DNA of 64,000 bases. It comes from Escherichia phage Ec_Makalu_002. The DNA is taken from sequence record MN709127.1. One strand, given 5' to 3'. Positions within the stretch are counted from its first letter, which is position 1; each line of letters starts with the position of its first letter. The notes below the pieces were generated by a model that did no database searches, was not told where the DNA came from, and saw nothing but the letters and a program-made list of their open reading frames with translations. This document shows, piece by piece, positions 9,160 through 19,045 of this stretch. The position numbers and the translations under genes are program-made.

Positions 9160-10889
9160 ATGACGCATTAACATCATTTCGCGGGATGCGCAAGGAAGCG
9201 GAAGAAAATCCGATTGATAAACTTAACAAATTAGATAAACTTGATTCTATTGATAATTTGCAAGCCGCTACCGAATTGGTGGCGGAGACAGTAGAACAAA
9301 AATCTAATGAAGTTGTTGGTGCGGTAGAGGATAACACCGCAGCCAATGAATTAACGGCAGAGAATACACAATCTACCGCTGGCAATACCCAAAAAACTTA
9401 TGAAGAATTGCAAAAACTCAATAATTTCTCTTCTCAGATGAATGAGAAATTACGTGGTTTTGGCGTTATGATGGAACGTAGATTTGGTGTTGTCAGTAAA
9501 ATGGCGAGCGGTATTGGTGCGATTGAAGAAGCACTGAAAAAACCGGAACAACCGCAAACAATGCCATCACCTCAGCCAGTTTTGCCTACTGTACCGGAAC
9601 AGCCTAATAATGACAACTATCAAGGTCTTCCAAAGAAAAAACCAGATGTTGATGACCGAAAGAAAAAGAACGCCACAGATAAGCGTAATGCGGATTCTAT
9701 GGAGAATCTTATTAAAGTTGTTCGTGGTGGATTTAAAGAAACCATAGGAATCTCTAATAAGGTCTTAGGGATGTTATTTAAGATCACCTTAACCGCAATG
9801 GCAGAAGCCGCAAAATGGGGTGCTATTTTGATGGGTATTGTTTTCGTCATTGATACCCTGATGGTTCATTTCAGATATTGGAGCGATTTATTCGAAACAA
9901 AATTCGATGATTTTATGGATAAGGCCGGAGAATGGGCTGGACCAATTAGTGATATTCTAACAACTATTCGTCAAGTTCGAGATTATTGGTCTAAAGGCGA
10001 ATATGGAGAATTAATTAAATCTCTTGTTATGGGTATTGGTGATGCATTCTATAAAACCTTTATCCAACTTGATCGAATTATCACTACTGGTATTGCTAAA
10101 ATTCTTCGCATGATTCCTGGTATGGGTGATTATGCCGATAAGTTAGAATATGGTGCTTTAAAATCTGCTGTCGCTCAAGGATATACGCCAAATGAAAGAG
10201 AACTCGAATTAATGGATAAGGTCGAGTCTGAACACGAAAAAGACAAGTATGGAGAGCGCACAGGGTGGACCGGAAAAGCCCGTGATATTGGCGAAGCTAT
10301 CGGGGATTCTATTAAGGATAAAGTTAACGAAGGTCTTGTTAGTCTGGGTTGGCGAGATCAAAAGGATGTTGACGCAGAGAAGCGACAAGAAGAATTAAAG
10401 CGCGGAGAATATGAGTCTGTTTCTGCTGAACAACGATCTGCTAGTCGTAAACTTAGAATTAAAAGTGAGGGCGCGATCAACAATATTAATGAAGTTATGG
10501 AGAATTTGAGCGGTGACTATGACAAAGAAAGAATGGGAGAGTTGAAAAAGGATATTGATGTTTACCGTGAGAAAGTTCAAGATCCTACATTAGTTGAAAG
10601 TGATCGTTCTCAGTTAGAGCGTCTTATTGAAAAATTTGATGAGATGTATGCTGATAAAACTAAGGGTGTTGTGCAAACACAGCCAGTTCCTGCAACTGAA
10701 ACGGAAACAGCAAAACAAGCGGAACGTACTGAACAAATGCAGAAACAAGCTGCAATCCAGCAACAAACGACAAATCAGACCTCAAACGTAAATAATACAC
10801 AAATTGTAACAAACAATAGAACTATTAAACAGGGTGCACCAACAACTAGAATTGATGCCCCAGGTACAATTAATATGGGGAACTTTTAA
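9156..10889 (+). CDS. 29: baseplate hub / tail-length determinant gp29
   Basis: 577 aa; synteny, size, ATGA-coupled to gp28. Confidence 0.8.
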   Translation: MNDALTSFRGMRKEAEENPIDKLNKLDKLDSIDNLQAATELVAETVEQKSNEVVGAVEDNTAANELTAENTQSTAGNTQKTYEELQKLNNFSSQMNEKLRGFGVMMERRFGVVSKMASGIGAIEEALKKPEQPQTMPSPQPVLPTVPEQPNNDNYQGLPKKKPDVDDRKKKNATDKRNADSMENLIKVVRGGFKETIGISNKVLGMLFKITLTAMAEAAKWGAILMGIVFVIDTLMVHFRYWSDLFETKFDDFMDKAGEWAGPISDILTTIRQVRDYWSKGEYGELIKSLVMGIGDAFYKTFIQLDRIITTGIAKILRMIPGMGDYADKLEYGALKSAVAQGYTPNERELELMDKVESEHEKDKYGERTGWTGKARDIGEAIGDSIKDKVNEGLVSLGWRDQKDVDAEKRQEELKRGEYESVSAEQRSASRKLRIKSEGAINNINEVMENLSGDYDKERMGELKKDIDVYREKVQDPTLVESDRSQLERLIEKFDEMYADKTKGVVQTQPVPATETETAKQAERTEQMQKQAAIQQQTTNQTSNVNNTQIVTNNRTIKQGAPTTRIDAPGTINMGNF

Positions 10890-11947
10890 TGAAAATTAGT
10901 GTTATCAATGATGCCGTTGATAGCTTTAAAGCGGGGGTTAAAACCTCCGCTGGTTTTACCTCAAAAAATAAAGGGAAAACATTAACCGCTCAATTCCCCG
11001 CTGAACGTGCTAGCGGTAATGATGCTAGCGGTTATTATATCAACGACTTATATAATAATGGTCTGTTATTCACTGCATACGATTATACATCTCGTACTAC
11101 CGGATCGTTGCGTGATTTCAGGAAAAAGAAAAATGTTGCTAGTGGTTTTGGTGGTAGCGTTAATATCGCTGGTTTTGATTTAAATTTGGGTGGGAGAAAT
11201 GCTGCATTTGACCGAGAGGCAATTGCTAATATTCTTCTTCCTCGTAGTCAATCTGACGTTGACGCTGCTAGCCATAAGTTTAATGATGTTGGTGAATCTG
11301 TTATTTCTCGCGGTGGTGGTACTTTAGGAGGTGCTCTTTCTAATATGGCATCTACTGCCGTTTTTGGTGGTATCGAAAGTATTACTGGTGGATATCTTGC
11401 CGATCACGGTGAACAGATTTATAATACTGCTCGAAGCATGTATGCTGGTGCTGACGCACGAACTAAAAACTACGTATGGCATCTAACCCCACGTAGTATT
11501 GAAGACCTTCGCAATATTCTAATCATATACGAAACGTTTTTAGAATTGTCTTATGGTTCTAGTGGTATTTCCAGCACCGCAAAAGAATTAAAAGCGGAAG
11601 TTGATGCGTGGTATAAAAATACACTATTGAGAAAATCCACCCCAGAGGAAGCGAAGAGAAACGATACTCTGTTTGAAGGGATCACCGATTTTCTATCAAA
11701 CGTAATTACTGTATCTAACCCGACAATATGGATGATCTCTAACTTCGGCAAGCGTACATCGTTTGAAGGGCGTAGCGATGCATTTGGTCCCGCTCAGATC
11801 TCAAGTGTACGTCTGGACAAGTCGCCTGATGGTAAGTTTAATGGCCTTGCTATTTCTCCTAACTTGCCGAGTACCTTTGTTCTGGAAGTATCATTTAGAG
11901 AGATCTTGACACTTTCCCGTGGTACTATATTTGGGAGTGCGGCATAA
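10889..11947 (+). CDS. 48: baseplate tail-tube junction protein gp48
   Basis: 352 aa; synteny and size. Confidence 0.8.
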   Translation: MKISVINDAVDSFKAGVKTSAGFTSKNKGKTLTAQFPAERASGNDASGYYINDLYNNGLLFTAYDYTSRTTGSLRDFRKKKNVASGFGGSVNIAGFDLNLGGRNAAFDREAIANILLPRSQSDVDAASHKFNDVGESVISRGGGTLGGALSNMASTAVFGGIESITGGYLADHGEQIYNTARSMYAGADARTKNYVWHLTPRSIEDLRNILIIYETFLELSYGSSGISSTAKELKAEVDAWYKNTLLRKSTPEEAKRNDTLFEGITDFLSNVITVSNPTIWMISNFGKRTSFEGRSDAFGPAQISSVRLDKSPDGKFNGLAISPNLPSTFVLEVSFREILTLSRGTIFGSAA

Positions 11948-12879
11948 TGTTTGATTTAAATGACTTTAACGAACAAGCCGCTAACCTTGACTTTCAGCGA
12001 TCTAACTTATTCAGCGTGGCATTTGCCACCACTCCAAGTAATAAGACACAAGCGATCCTAGAAAGTATGGGCGGTGCGGTATATGATATTATACCAAATG
12101 CATTAAATGACTATTTCGGGATTACTCGTGGTGATTATACTGACGCATTAACAAATCTTGCTGTACAGGGTGTTAGGCGTGCTGTTGATTCATCCGGTGT
12201 CAAAAAGTATCTTTTAGGTGCAATGTCATCCCGCGTAGTTCAATCTCTTCTGGGGCAATTTGATGTTGGTACATATGCGCTTGACTGGTTCAATATGGCA
12301 TATAAGACAAGCGGTCTTCTGGTGTATGCTGTTAAGGTTCCAGAAAACAGATTGAATTATGAAATAGACCGCAACCACAATGCGCCAAACATTCGAATTA
12401 CGGGACGTGATTTTGATCCGCTTGTATTGAGCTTTAGAATGGACTCTAGCGCATCAAACTATAGAGCAATGCAGGATTGGGTTAACTCAGTAGAAGACCC
12501 CGTTACAGGGCTTCGTGCGCTTCCTGTTGACGTTGAAGCAGATATTCAGGTTAACTTACATAACCGAATGGGAGTTCCTCACACGATCATGATGTTTAAT
12601 GGTTGTGTTCCTGTTGGTGTGAGTGCACCGGAATTAACCTATGAAAATAACAACGAAATTACAACATTCGATGTTACTTTTGCGTATAGGACTATGCAAA
12701 CTGGTGCTGTAGGAGAGCAAGCCGCGCGAGAATGGATTGAGGATAAGGCAATAAACGCAATAACAAACACTTTCGGCAACAATTTACTTGATAGTGGGTT
12801 ATCTGCTGCTGGTAATGCTTTATCGCGTCTAAATGGCGTCGGTGGGCGTGTGGTGAATACTGTCACTAACTGGTTCTGA
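11947..12879 (+). CDS. 54: baseplate tail-tube initiator gp54
   Basis: 310 aa; synteny and size. Confidence 0.8.
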   Translation: MFDLNDFNEQAANLDFQRSNLFSVAFATTPSNKTQAILESMGGAVYDIIPNALNDYFGITRGDYTDALTNLAVQGVRRAVDSSGVKKYLLGAMSSRVVQSLLGQFDVGTYALDWFNMAYKTSGLLVYAVKVPENRLNYEIDRNHNAPNIRITGRDFDPLVLSFRMDSSASNYRAMQDWVNSVEDPVTGLRALPVDVEADIQVNLHNRMGVPHTIMMFNGCVPVGVSAPELTYENNNEITTFDVTFAYRTMQTGAVGEQAAREWIEDKAINAITNTFGNNLLDSGLSAAGNALSRLNGVGGRVVNTVTNWF

Positions 12880-12885
12880 TAAGCG

Positions 12886-12919
12886 AAAGGCGGGGGACAA
12901 TCCCCCGCCTTTTTATTTT
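12886..12919. terminator. strong GC-rich hairpin terminator (bidirectional)
   Basis: AAAGGCGGGGGACAATCCCCCGCCTTTTTATTTT between convergent gene 54 and lipoprotein gene. Confidence 0.6.
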
Positions 12920-13398
12920 GCTAAATCATTGCAATATTTTAGTGCCTTAGTTTGAAACTCTGCGCTGTTAAGTTCTTCATAACGGTCATAATCACCGTTT
13001 AATGCTGCCTTTCTTGCTTCTTGTTCTATCTGCATGTCAGACATGATAATACAACGATCCCGCGCTTTCATCTTCTCAAGTTGTATAGACTCTTCTTGTT
13101 GCTTGCGCAATTCTTCTTGATGCTTCTTTTCTTCTCGTGCTTTCTCTTCCCGCGCTTCTTTGATTGCATCTTTGAACATCTGCGTTTGTGGTGCTAAACC
13201 AACTTTAACGCGATCCACGTCTCGACGTTCCATTTTAGAAATAAAACATGATTCGATCTGGTCATCGCTTGCATATGCTGCTTTACATTCACGAAGCAAG
13301 AAAACCGGATCTGATTTAGCATTCATCATAGCTTCCATGTTAGTACAACCAGTAAGCATGAATGCAGCCGCAAGACCAATCAGTTTAATCATTTTCAT
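12913..13398 (-). CDS. predicted lipoprotein (signal peptide, lipobox LTGC), coiled-coil rich
   Basis: MKMIKLIGLAAAFMLTGC N-terminus; Lys/Glu-rich middle. Confidence 0.55.
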   Translation of the reverse strand: MKMIKLIGLAAAFMLTGCTNMEAMMNAKSDPVFLLRECKAAYASDDQIESCFISKMERRDVDRVKVGLAPQTQMFKDAIKEAREEKAREEKKHQEELRKQQEESIQLEKMKARDRCIIMSDMQIEQEARKAALNGDYDRYEELNSAEFQTKALKYCNDLAK

Positions 13399-14219
13399 TT
13401 AGTCACCTCACCGAAAATTGTAAATTGTCTACGATTCTCATCGCCGAAAGATTCTACTACGTCGTTTACCTTGATGCAAGTCCCGCGCGGTAAAATTACT
13501 TCACATTCGCAAGGATTCCATGCAATAGACCCAACAACAAAACCTTTATGATCTTTTACGTCAATTACCCATGATACATTACAAGAATGTTGCATCTTTC
13601 CGGTCATTGATTCATATCGATTCTCACAATAAAGGCTAGTGCTGTTTGAAAGCCATCCTCCAAAGATGATCGGTGTCATGCTGGTCGATACAAAGTTTTT
13701 AAAGGTAAATTCCTTATCTTCAATAATACGCTCTATTGTCTGAATGTCAAGATGTTGACCGCGATAAAGAGTACCGTTTAACTTTTCGGTTTTATCCATG
13801 ACACAATCCATCAAATCGACAATCTCTGATATCTCATCGGTCATGTCTTCTTCCCCTAAGAGAGCACCATTTACCCATTCGTATTGTTCAGACACATAAT
13901 CGCAGATTGCATTATATTCTGCTGGGGTTATGTTGTTATGTTTGTAATGTTTGAATACATTATCTCCAAAATCTTCGGAATGTACTTCATACATCACATT
14001 AATGATTTTCTTGACAAATCCATAATCTTGCGTTTCTTGCTCAAGGAAACGGATAACTTTCACGTAATCATCAAAGTTAATATGATCGCTGATCATTTCA
14101 GTGATCATGTAACCATTAATCCCCTCAATGCCATATGTTTCGATGTAATTATCCATACGTTCCATCATTGATTCGCGTGATTCTTCGGAAAGGCGAAAAT
14201 CCTGTAATTTCTTGAACAT
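13395..14219 (-). CDS. ADP-ribosyltransferase, Alt-like paralog
   Basis: LYRG...FVSTS...ECEVILPRG (R-S-ExE motifs) parallel the ART region of adjacent Alt. Confidence 0.7.
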   Translation of the reverse strand: MFKKLQDFRLSEESRESMMERMDNYIETYGIEGINGYMITEMISDHINFDDYVKVIRFLEQETQDYGFVKKIINVMYEVHSEDFGDNVFKHYKHNNITPAEYNAICDYVSEQYEWVNGALLGEEDMTDEISEIVDLMDCVMDKTEKLNGTLYRGQHLDIQTIERIIEDKEFTFKNFVSTSMTPIIFGGWLSNSTSLYCENRYESMTGKMQHSCNVSWVIDVKDHKGFVVGSIAWNPCECEVILPRGTCIKVNDVVESFGDENRRQFTIFGEVTK

Positions 14220-14240
14220 TTTAAACCTCCCATATAACAG

Positions 14241-14271
14241 AAAACGGGGCTAGTATAAAACTAGTCCCCGT
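14241..14271 (-). terminator. terminator hairpin after alt
   Basis: ACGGGGACTAGTTTTATACTAGCCCCGT followed by TTTTCTGTT on minus strand. Confidence 0.45.
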
Positions 14272-14298
14272 TTGAGTCAACCATTATTTCTTAAAAAA

Positions 14299-16350
14299 TT
14301 ACATTTTAAATTTATCCGGCATAGCGTCTACAGACACAAGATCAGCGATAAGCTGACGTAGAGTTGCCTTATCTGCTTTCTTACGTTCGGTTTTAGCTTC
14401 GGTAATGAAGCTGGAGAAAGACAGGTCAGAAGCAGGTTTAACAACACCTTCACGGATGAATGCATCACCGTCCGCGATCATCTCACCAGATTCTTGTAAT
14501 GCTGCCAGTTCATTTTTGTTCATAATATGTGCCTCGATGTAATAAGTTTCTTGTGAATCCGTCGATGCCGTAGCACGAGTTACCGTATCAAAGGATAACA
14601 CAACACCGCGAGGAAGTAAAATCTCGCATTCTTTGTAAGCAAATGCTTTGTTACCTACTGGCAATACAGGGATGTTTTCCGCGCCAGCAATGGAGAAAGC
14701 AACATTAGCGCCACCTTCACCGCGAGATCCCGCCATAGAATCAACACCAGCAACGGCACTAGCCACGTTTGCATTCCAGCCACCAAAAATATTAGGTGCA
14801 AGGGAAGTGCTCACATAGTTTTTAAAGTAAAACGCTTTTTGCTTACGTGCAGTTTCCCACATTTGCGACCGGAAGTCCATACCACGATACAAGATAGTAC
14901 CTGGATCAAGTTTAACACCATAGTTAGCAAATGCGTTATCCAGTGCATCACACATCTTGACCAATTCTTCTGGGTCTGCGATGCCTTCAAACTCTTCCAG
15001 CTTACGGTCGGTTAGGAAGTTGTTCATATTGATGTATGCTGCATCCGCATATTCGCTCAACACAAAACCTTCCGCGCCAGGCAGATCAAGATCAATATCT
15101 GCCATCATTTCACCCATGTTGCTAGCAATTGCTTCAAACATACCGGAAGCAACATTACGCAGGGCATCGGTTTTAATCTGCGTGATGTGACTACGCAGCA
15201 TTTCAGCTTTTACATCTGCTGGCATAGACTGGTCGACGCGATCCATTGCCAGGGCGGTGATCTTGTTTTCGAATACTTCCTCGCTCATGATTTCTTTTAA
15301 GCGTTTGATTGATGCTGCGATGACTTCCGCAGACAACGGATCATATTGATCCTGAACTTTTACCAGTTCGCTTACTGCATATTTTGCATCGGCTTCGCTT
15401 TCAAAAATAGTACGCATGAAACCATAGCGAGTGATAATATCACTTGTCCAGTCATTCAGAGAACGGGCGGTTGAACGTTCTAAGGCTTGACGGTCAATCA
15501 GAGTATTAAACTGTTTCTTAGGTTCTGCTTCGGTGATATCTTCTTCCGGTTTAAGATTAATTTTTTCTGGATGATTCACATAGTCGCTGTTATAGGTCGC
15601 TTGAGTTTTCAGCATTTCTTCTTTAGTCAAACGAGATTTAGCCGCTACGCGTTGTTCTGCTTCCGCGTTTCGTTCTTCTTCCGACACAAGACTAGCCGCA
15701 TACGCCTCATCTTTAGTCAGAGATTCACCAGTAGCCTTAGATACCCAGCGATCACCTAAATCACTTTCTACTTTAGTGAACAGGGATTCATCGAGTTTAA
15801 TCCCTTTAATCTTATCAATCGCCATCCCGCGACGTTTGACAACAACTAAAGCGATCTTTTTGCTGGTCATTACTTCCTGCTGGAATACTTCAAACTTCGG
15901 TGTACGACGCACCAAACGCTCTATAACGCGCTTAACCAGTTCGGTCTTACCTTTCATGCGGGATACGTTAAAACGGAACATAACAGCGTCTAATTGCGCT
16001 TTACGGGCTGTTTCCATGACCACATCAAAAGCACTTGACATAACTGCAATCGGGTTATCTCCTAGACCATTTTTAAGCTGTACAATACGACCGCTTTTGT
16101 TCATTTCGCACAGTACAACATGTGCGGTCTTGTCACCCATACGAATGATTTTAGGTGTTTTGTTGGTGAAGTTACAAAGACGGACAATCACATCTTTATC
16201 GCGTGTCTGTACTGCAAAAAGCTGTTTAGGATTCTGCTTAGGCTTTAAGCACTGTACCGGAGCAATACTGCCAAAGTTTTCTTCCTCTTCCGTCAACAGC
16301 CATTTCTCGAAAGATTCAATCATTAGATCGTCGATTTCTAAGTTAAACAT
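14299..16350 (-). CDS. alt: Alt ADP-ribosyltransferase (head-packaged)
   Basis: 683 aa (T4 Alt about 682); ART motifs YRG/STS/ECEILLPRG; position after gene 54. Confidence 0.85.
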   Translation of the reverse strand: MFNLEIDDLMIESFEKWLLTEEEENFGSIAPVQCLKPKQNPKQLFAVQTRDKDVIVRLCNFTNKTPKIIRMGDKTAHVVLCEMNKSGRIVQLKNGLGDNPIAVMSSAFDVVMETARKAQLDAVMFRFNVSRMKGKTELVKRVIERLVRRTPKFEVFQQEVMTSKKIALVVVKRRGMAIDKIKGIKLDESLFTKVESDLGDRWVSKATGESLTKDEAYAASLVSEEERNAEAEQRVAAKSRLTKEEMLKTQATYNSDYVNHPEKINLKPEEDITEAEPKKQFNTLIDRQALERSTARSLNDWTSDIITRYGFMRTIFESEADAKYAVSELVKVQDQYDPLSAEVIAASIKRLKEIMSEEVFENKITALAMDRVDQSMPADVKAEMLRSHITQIKTDALRNVASGMFEAIASNMGEMMADIDLDLPGAEGFVLSEYADAAYINMNNFLTDRKLEEFEGIADPEELVKMCDALDNAFANYGVKLDPGTILYRGMDFRSQMWETARKQKAFYFKNYVSTSLAPNIFGGWNANVASAVAGVDSMAGSRGEGGANVAFSIAGAENIPVLPVGNKAFAYKECEILLPRGVVLSFDTVTRATASTDSQETYYIEAHIMNKNELAALQESGEMIADGDAFIREGVVKPASDLSFSSFITEAKTERKKADKATLRQLIADLVSVDAMPDKFKM

Positions 16351-16417
16351 TTTATATCCTCTAGTTGATAACCTATAAACCTATATTTATGAAAAAGGGG
16401 CTTAACACCCCCATTTA

Positions 16418-16630
16418 TTATAATGCACCATCGAGCAATTGCTCTAAGGTGTATCCTGAATAGTCTTTTTCAATCAGGATATATTTTCCTACTCGTTTAA
16501 TACAACCGCGCATTTCAACGTATTCTGCGTAGTTGATGGTGCGAGTTGTTCCATCTTCTAGTAAAGCAGTACCGATTTCGTTAATGCGGTCATAAGTTAC
16601 GTCGGTAATGATGATTTCGATGTTAGCCAT
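16418..16630 (-). CDS. hypothetical small protein (70 aa)
   Basis: ORF track; ATG with RBS; own upstream promoter. Confidence 0.5.
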   Translation of the reverse strand: MANIEIIITDVTYDRINEIGTALLEDGTTRTINYAEYVEMRGCIKRVGKYILIEKDYSGYTLEQLLDGAL

Positions 16631-16666
16631 TTGATACTCCTTAGTAGTTCGTTTCGGTATGGGTGT

Positions 16667-16695
16667 ATTATGATATACACCCTCTGTTATGTCAA
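16667..16695 (-). promoter_or_regulatory. sigma70-like early promoter (TTGACA-17-CATAAT)
   Basis: -35/-10 hexamers at 17-nt spacing on minus strand, upstream of conserved leader and RBS. Confidence 0.45.
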
Positions 16696-16701
16696 CAACT
16701 T

Positions 16702-16881
16702 TTAGAACATTTTTGAAATTAATTCTGCTTTGATTTCGCAGAGAACATCTAAAGATTTCTCGTCACCCGCTTTTGCTGCTTCTGCTTGCATTTTTGAAAT
16801 GGCTTCAATGTCAGTGCAATTATAAGCCGCTTGAACTTTAGCGATTGCGATGATTGCCGATTCGATGGTTAAGTGTTTCAT
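16702..16881 (-). CDS. hypothetical small protein (59 aa)
   Basis: Hand-translated (MKHLTIESAIIAIAKVQAAYNCTDIEA...); RBS AGGAGA; own promoter. Confidence 0.45.
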   Translation of the reverse strand: MKHLTIESAIIAIAKVQAAYNCTDIEAISKMQAEAAKAGDEKSLDVLCEIKAELISKMF

Positions 16882-16913
16882 GTTTGATTCTCCTTTCGTT
16901 TCGGTATGTGTGC

Positions 16914-16942
16914 AGTATAGGGGATCGCCGATCCCCTGTCAA
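16914..16942 (-). promoter_or_regulatory. sigma70-like early promoter with palindromic spacer (TTGACA-GGGGATCGGCGATCCCC-TATACT)
   Basis: Consensus -35, 17-nt GC-rich palindromic spacer with two GATC, -10 TATACT. Confidence 0.5.
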
Positions 16943-16949
16943 CAACTTT

Positions 16950-17504
16950 TTAGTTATTTTTTAATTGCTCATCTTGCAATAATGCAATCACATGCTGGCG
17001 ATGTTCTTCCGATTGAGGAACACCGAAAAAGTTTGTTTTGTAGAAATACTCTAATCGGTCTTCTCGTGTGCTCTCTTCCATCATGATCGCGGGTAGTCCA
17101 AGATTTCGGAAACGTCGCTTTTCTGCTGGCGTAAAATCACTGTAATACAACATAGAATCATCATTACCAGCAATGCTAAACTCATCCTTCATAAAGGAGA
17201 ATATTGCGTTTAAACGCTGTTTACCGTCCACGATTTCGATCTCATAGCGAGAGCCATCATCAATCTTAGCCATTGCGATAGCACCAACCGGAAAATCATT
17301 AATCAGGTTTTCGATAAACATACGTTTGTTTTCGGTGTCCCATACCAAAGGACGCTGATAATCTGGGTTCATGTTGATATAGCCATCTTCTAACCACGCC
17401 TCATAAACAGAGATGACAAAGTTTTTAGTATTGGTATAGTAACGGCGTTTAGGCGTTAAACGGTTCATGTTATAGTCTCCTGAATGGATCATCACGTAAA
17501 TCAA
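16950..17504 (-). CDS. DUF262 / ParB-like nuclease-domain protein (GmrS N-terminal-like), short form
   Basis: PDYQRPLVWD and DGKQRLNAI motifs; track start is TTG, ATG at about 17468 with AGGAG RBS more likely (172 aa). Confidence 0.65.
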   Translation of the reverse strand: MIYVMIHSGDYNMNRLTPKRRYYTNTKNFVISVYEAWLEDGYINMNPDYQRPLVWDTENKRMFIENLINDFPVGAIAMAKIDDGSRYEIEIVDGKQRLNAIFSFMKDEFSIAGNDDSMLYYSDFTPAEKRRFRNLGLPAIMMEESTREDRLEYFYKTNFFGVPQSEEHRQHVIALLQDEQLKNN

Positions 17505-17802
17505 TATCTTTTAAGAACTCATCCCATGAATGGCGGATAATGTTCTTAATTCTCCAGATAAGCGCAGGGATTGAACGCTCTCCCATCTGGAAGTAAGGAT
17601 CATATGATCCATATGCCCAATATGCTACTACAATTCCACAATCGGCGCAATAATATTCTATTTCACTTGCTGGCGACCAAAGTCCATCAATATGATCACG
17701 GATCTTGCTTTCGATGTTATGGCTATGGCAATCAGGGCAACGGATGCAATGACCTTGTTTATCGTAATTTGACGTTAGCGAATACTTAAACAATCTCATC
17801 AT
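17470..17802 (-). CDS. zinc-ribbon protein (two CxxC pairs)
   Basis: CIRCPDC ... CADCG; ATGA-coupled to upstream gene. Confidence 0.5.
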   Translation of the reverse strand: MMRLFKYSLTSNYDKQGHCIRCPDCHSHNIESKIRDHIDGLWSPASEIEYYCADCGIVVAYWAYGSYDPYFQMGERSIPALIWRIKNIIRHSWDEFLKDIDLRDDPFRRL

Positions 17803-18515
17803 AGATCCTTATTGGCTTCAAATACTGCCTTTGCGAATCCTCGCGGGGTAAGTGACCTGATAGTCTTTGTTCTGGTTCCTTTCCCGCCTAGCTTAGAATG
17901 CTGTTTACTGTACCCTTTATTAATCTGCAACGGTTTCTTTTCTGGCATTATAAAGCCTTGTCCGGTCCATAAGCAAGTCTTTTTCGGGTACATATCACGG
18001 GCGGCAATATACTCAGGAAACGTAGGATGCTTATCATCTTCCGGCAAATAACCGCCATATTCCCACGGATGGAACATGTAATCAGGCTTACGCCACATGC
18101 TAGAGATAACGCTTACAGGATTCTCTATCATGTAGGGAACTCCTAGCCATTCACCCAAATAAGCGGTTATTTTAGCTGCCCTTACATCATGAACTTGAAT
18201 TAATGGTCCTTGTTCTCGTTTCTTTCGTTCAAAGTGCGCAGCGCCACTAACAGCTAAATTGGTGCATGGTGGGAATGCAAAGATAATATCCGGTTTCCCC
18301 CATTCAAGGTCCATTGCTCTTTCCAGCCAATTTAAATCAATCCATGTGTTTACATATGTAATGTTTGGATGTTCAAATCGGGTATTATATTTTTTGTATG
18401 TACCGTGGTCGCCATCGTCAGCATTAAAGCAGATCACCTTATGACCTGCTTTAGCCCATTCTAACCCCATTATCCCCGATCCGTCAAAGTTGCAGAATAT
18501 TAATTTTTGTTTCAT
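17799..18515 (-). CDS. C5-cytosine-methyltransferase-like protein (SAM-dependent MTase fold, no obvious target-recognition domain)
   Basis: Motif I-like FDGSGIMG, motif IV-like FPPC with catalytic Cys, motif VI-like IENP; 238 aa. Confidence 0.5.
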   Translation of the reverse strand: MKQKLIFCNFDGSGIMGLEWAKAGHKVICFNADDGDHGTYKKYNTRFEHPNITYVNTWIDLNWLERAMDLEWGKPDIIFAFPPCTNLAVSGAAHFERKKREQGPLIQVHDVRAAKITAYLGEWLGVPYMIENPVSVISSMWRKPDYMFHPWEYGGYLPEDDKHPTFPEYIAARDMYPKKTCLWTGQGFIMPEKKPLQINKGYSKQHSKLGGKGTRTKTIRSLTPRGFAKAVFEANKDL

Positions 18516-18757
18516 ATACGCCCCTTTAACCCAACACAGATTTTAGAAGGTTCTTTGCCGTGCCACATTAAGTAAATTCCGTTAATGCGTCCTTGTTTTG
18601 TATATGATTCTTTTCTGATCTTCTTATAGTGTCGTGCTTCCTCAGCCGATTGTTTAGAATGTCGATCATAAAGGAAGAGGAACAAAGGCCAACCATTAGC
18701 GGCCTTAATGCAGTTATTCAAAAATTCCTTATTTCGTTTAATTAATTTTCTTTTCAC
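18512..18757 (-). CDS. hypothetical basic protein (81 aa)
   Basis: ORF track; apparent GTG start overlapping upstream stop. Confidence 0.4.
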   Translation of the reverse strand: MKRKLIKRNKEFLNNCIKAANGWPLFLFLYDRHSKQSAEEARHYKKIRKESYTKQGRINGIYLMWHGKEPSKICVGLKGRI

Positions 18758-19005
18758 GCTGCCCCCATTGGTTTGATAGTAACAGAATCTAAAAGACCTT
18801 TGTTAGCCAGTTCGCGGCAAGTTTTCAGATCCGCAACTTCCCAGCCAGCCGCAATAAGGTTATCAATGAGGCTGTTAGCAACTTCTTCGCTCATGAAAGA
18901 GCACTGTTTGCCGATGGTGTAGCGTACACGCTGTAATTTCAGTTTACGGAAGCCTTTAACGTTCAGGTCTTTAGCGATTTTCTTTGCGGTTTCGATGTTA
19001 GCCAT
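18754..19005 (-). CDS. hypothetical protein (83 aa), first gene of the 5-gene operon
   Basis: ATG with RBS and promoter just upstream. Confidence 0.5.
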   Translation of the reverse strand: MANIETAKKIAKDLNVKGFRKLKLQRVRYTIGKQCSFMSEEVANSLIDNLIAAGWEVADLKTCRELANKGLLDSVTIKPMGAA

Positions 19006-19045
19006 TGTTTGATTCTCCTAAGTGGTATCTCGTCTTGATGGTTGT

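Noticed and set aside
16386-16411. T4 late promoter upstream of alt
   Set aside because: The sequence upstream of alt reads CATAAATATAGG, not an exact TATAAATA; recorded only as a weak possibility next to a hairpin.
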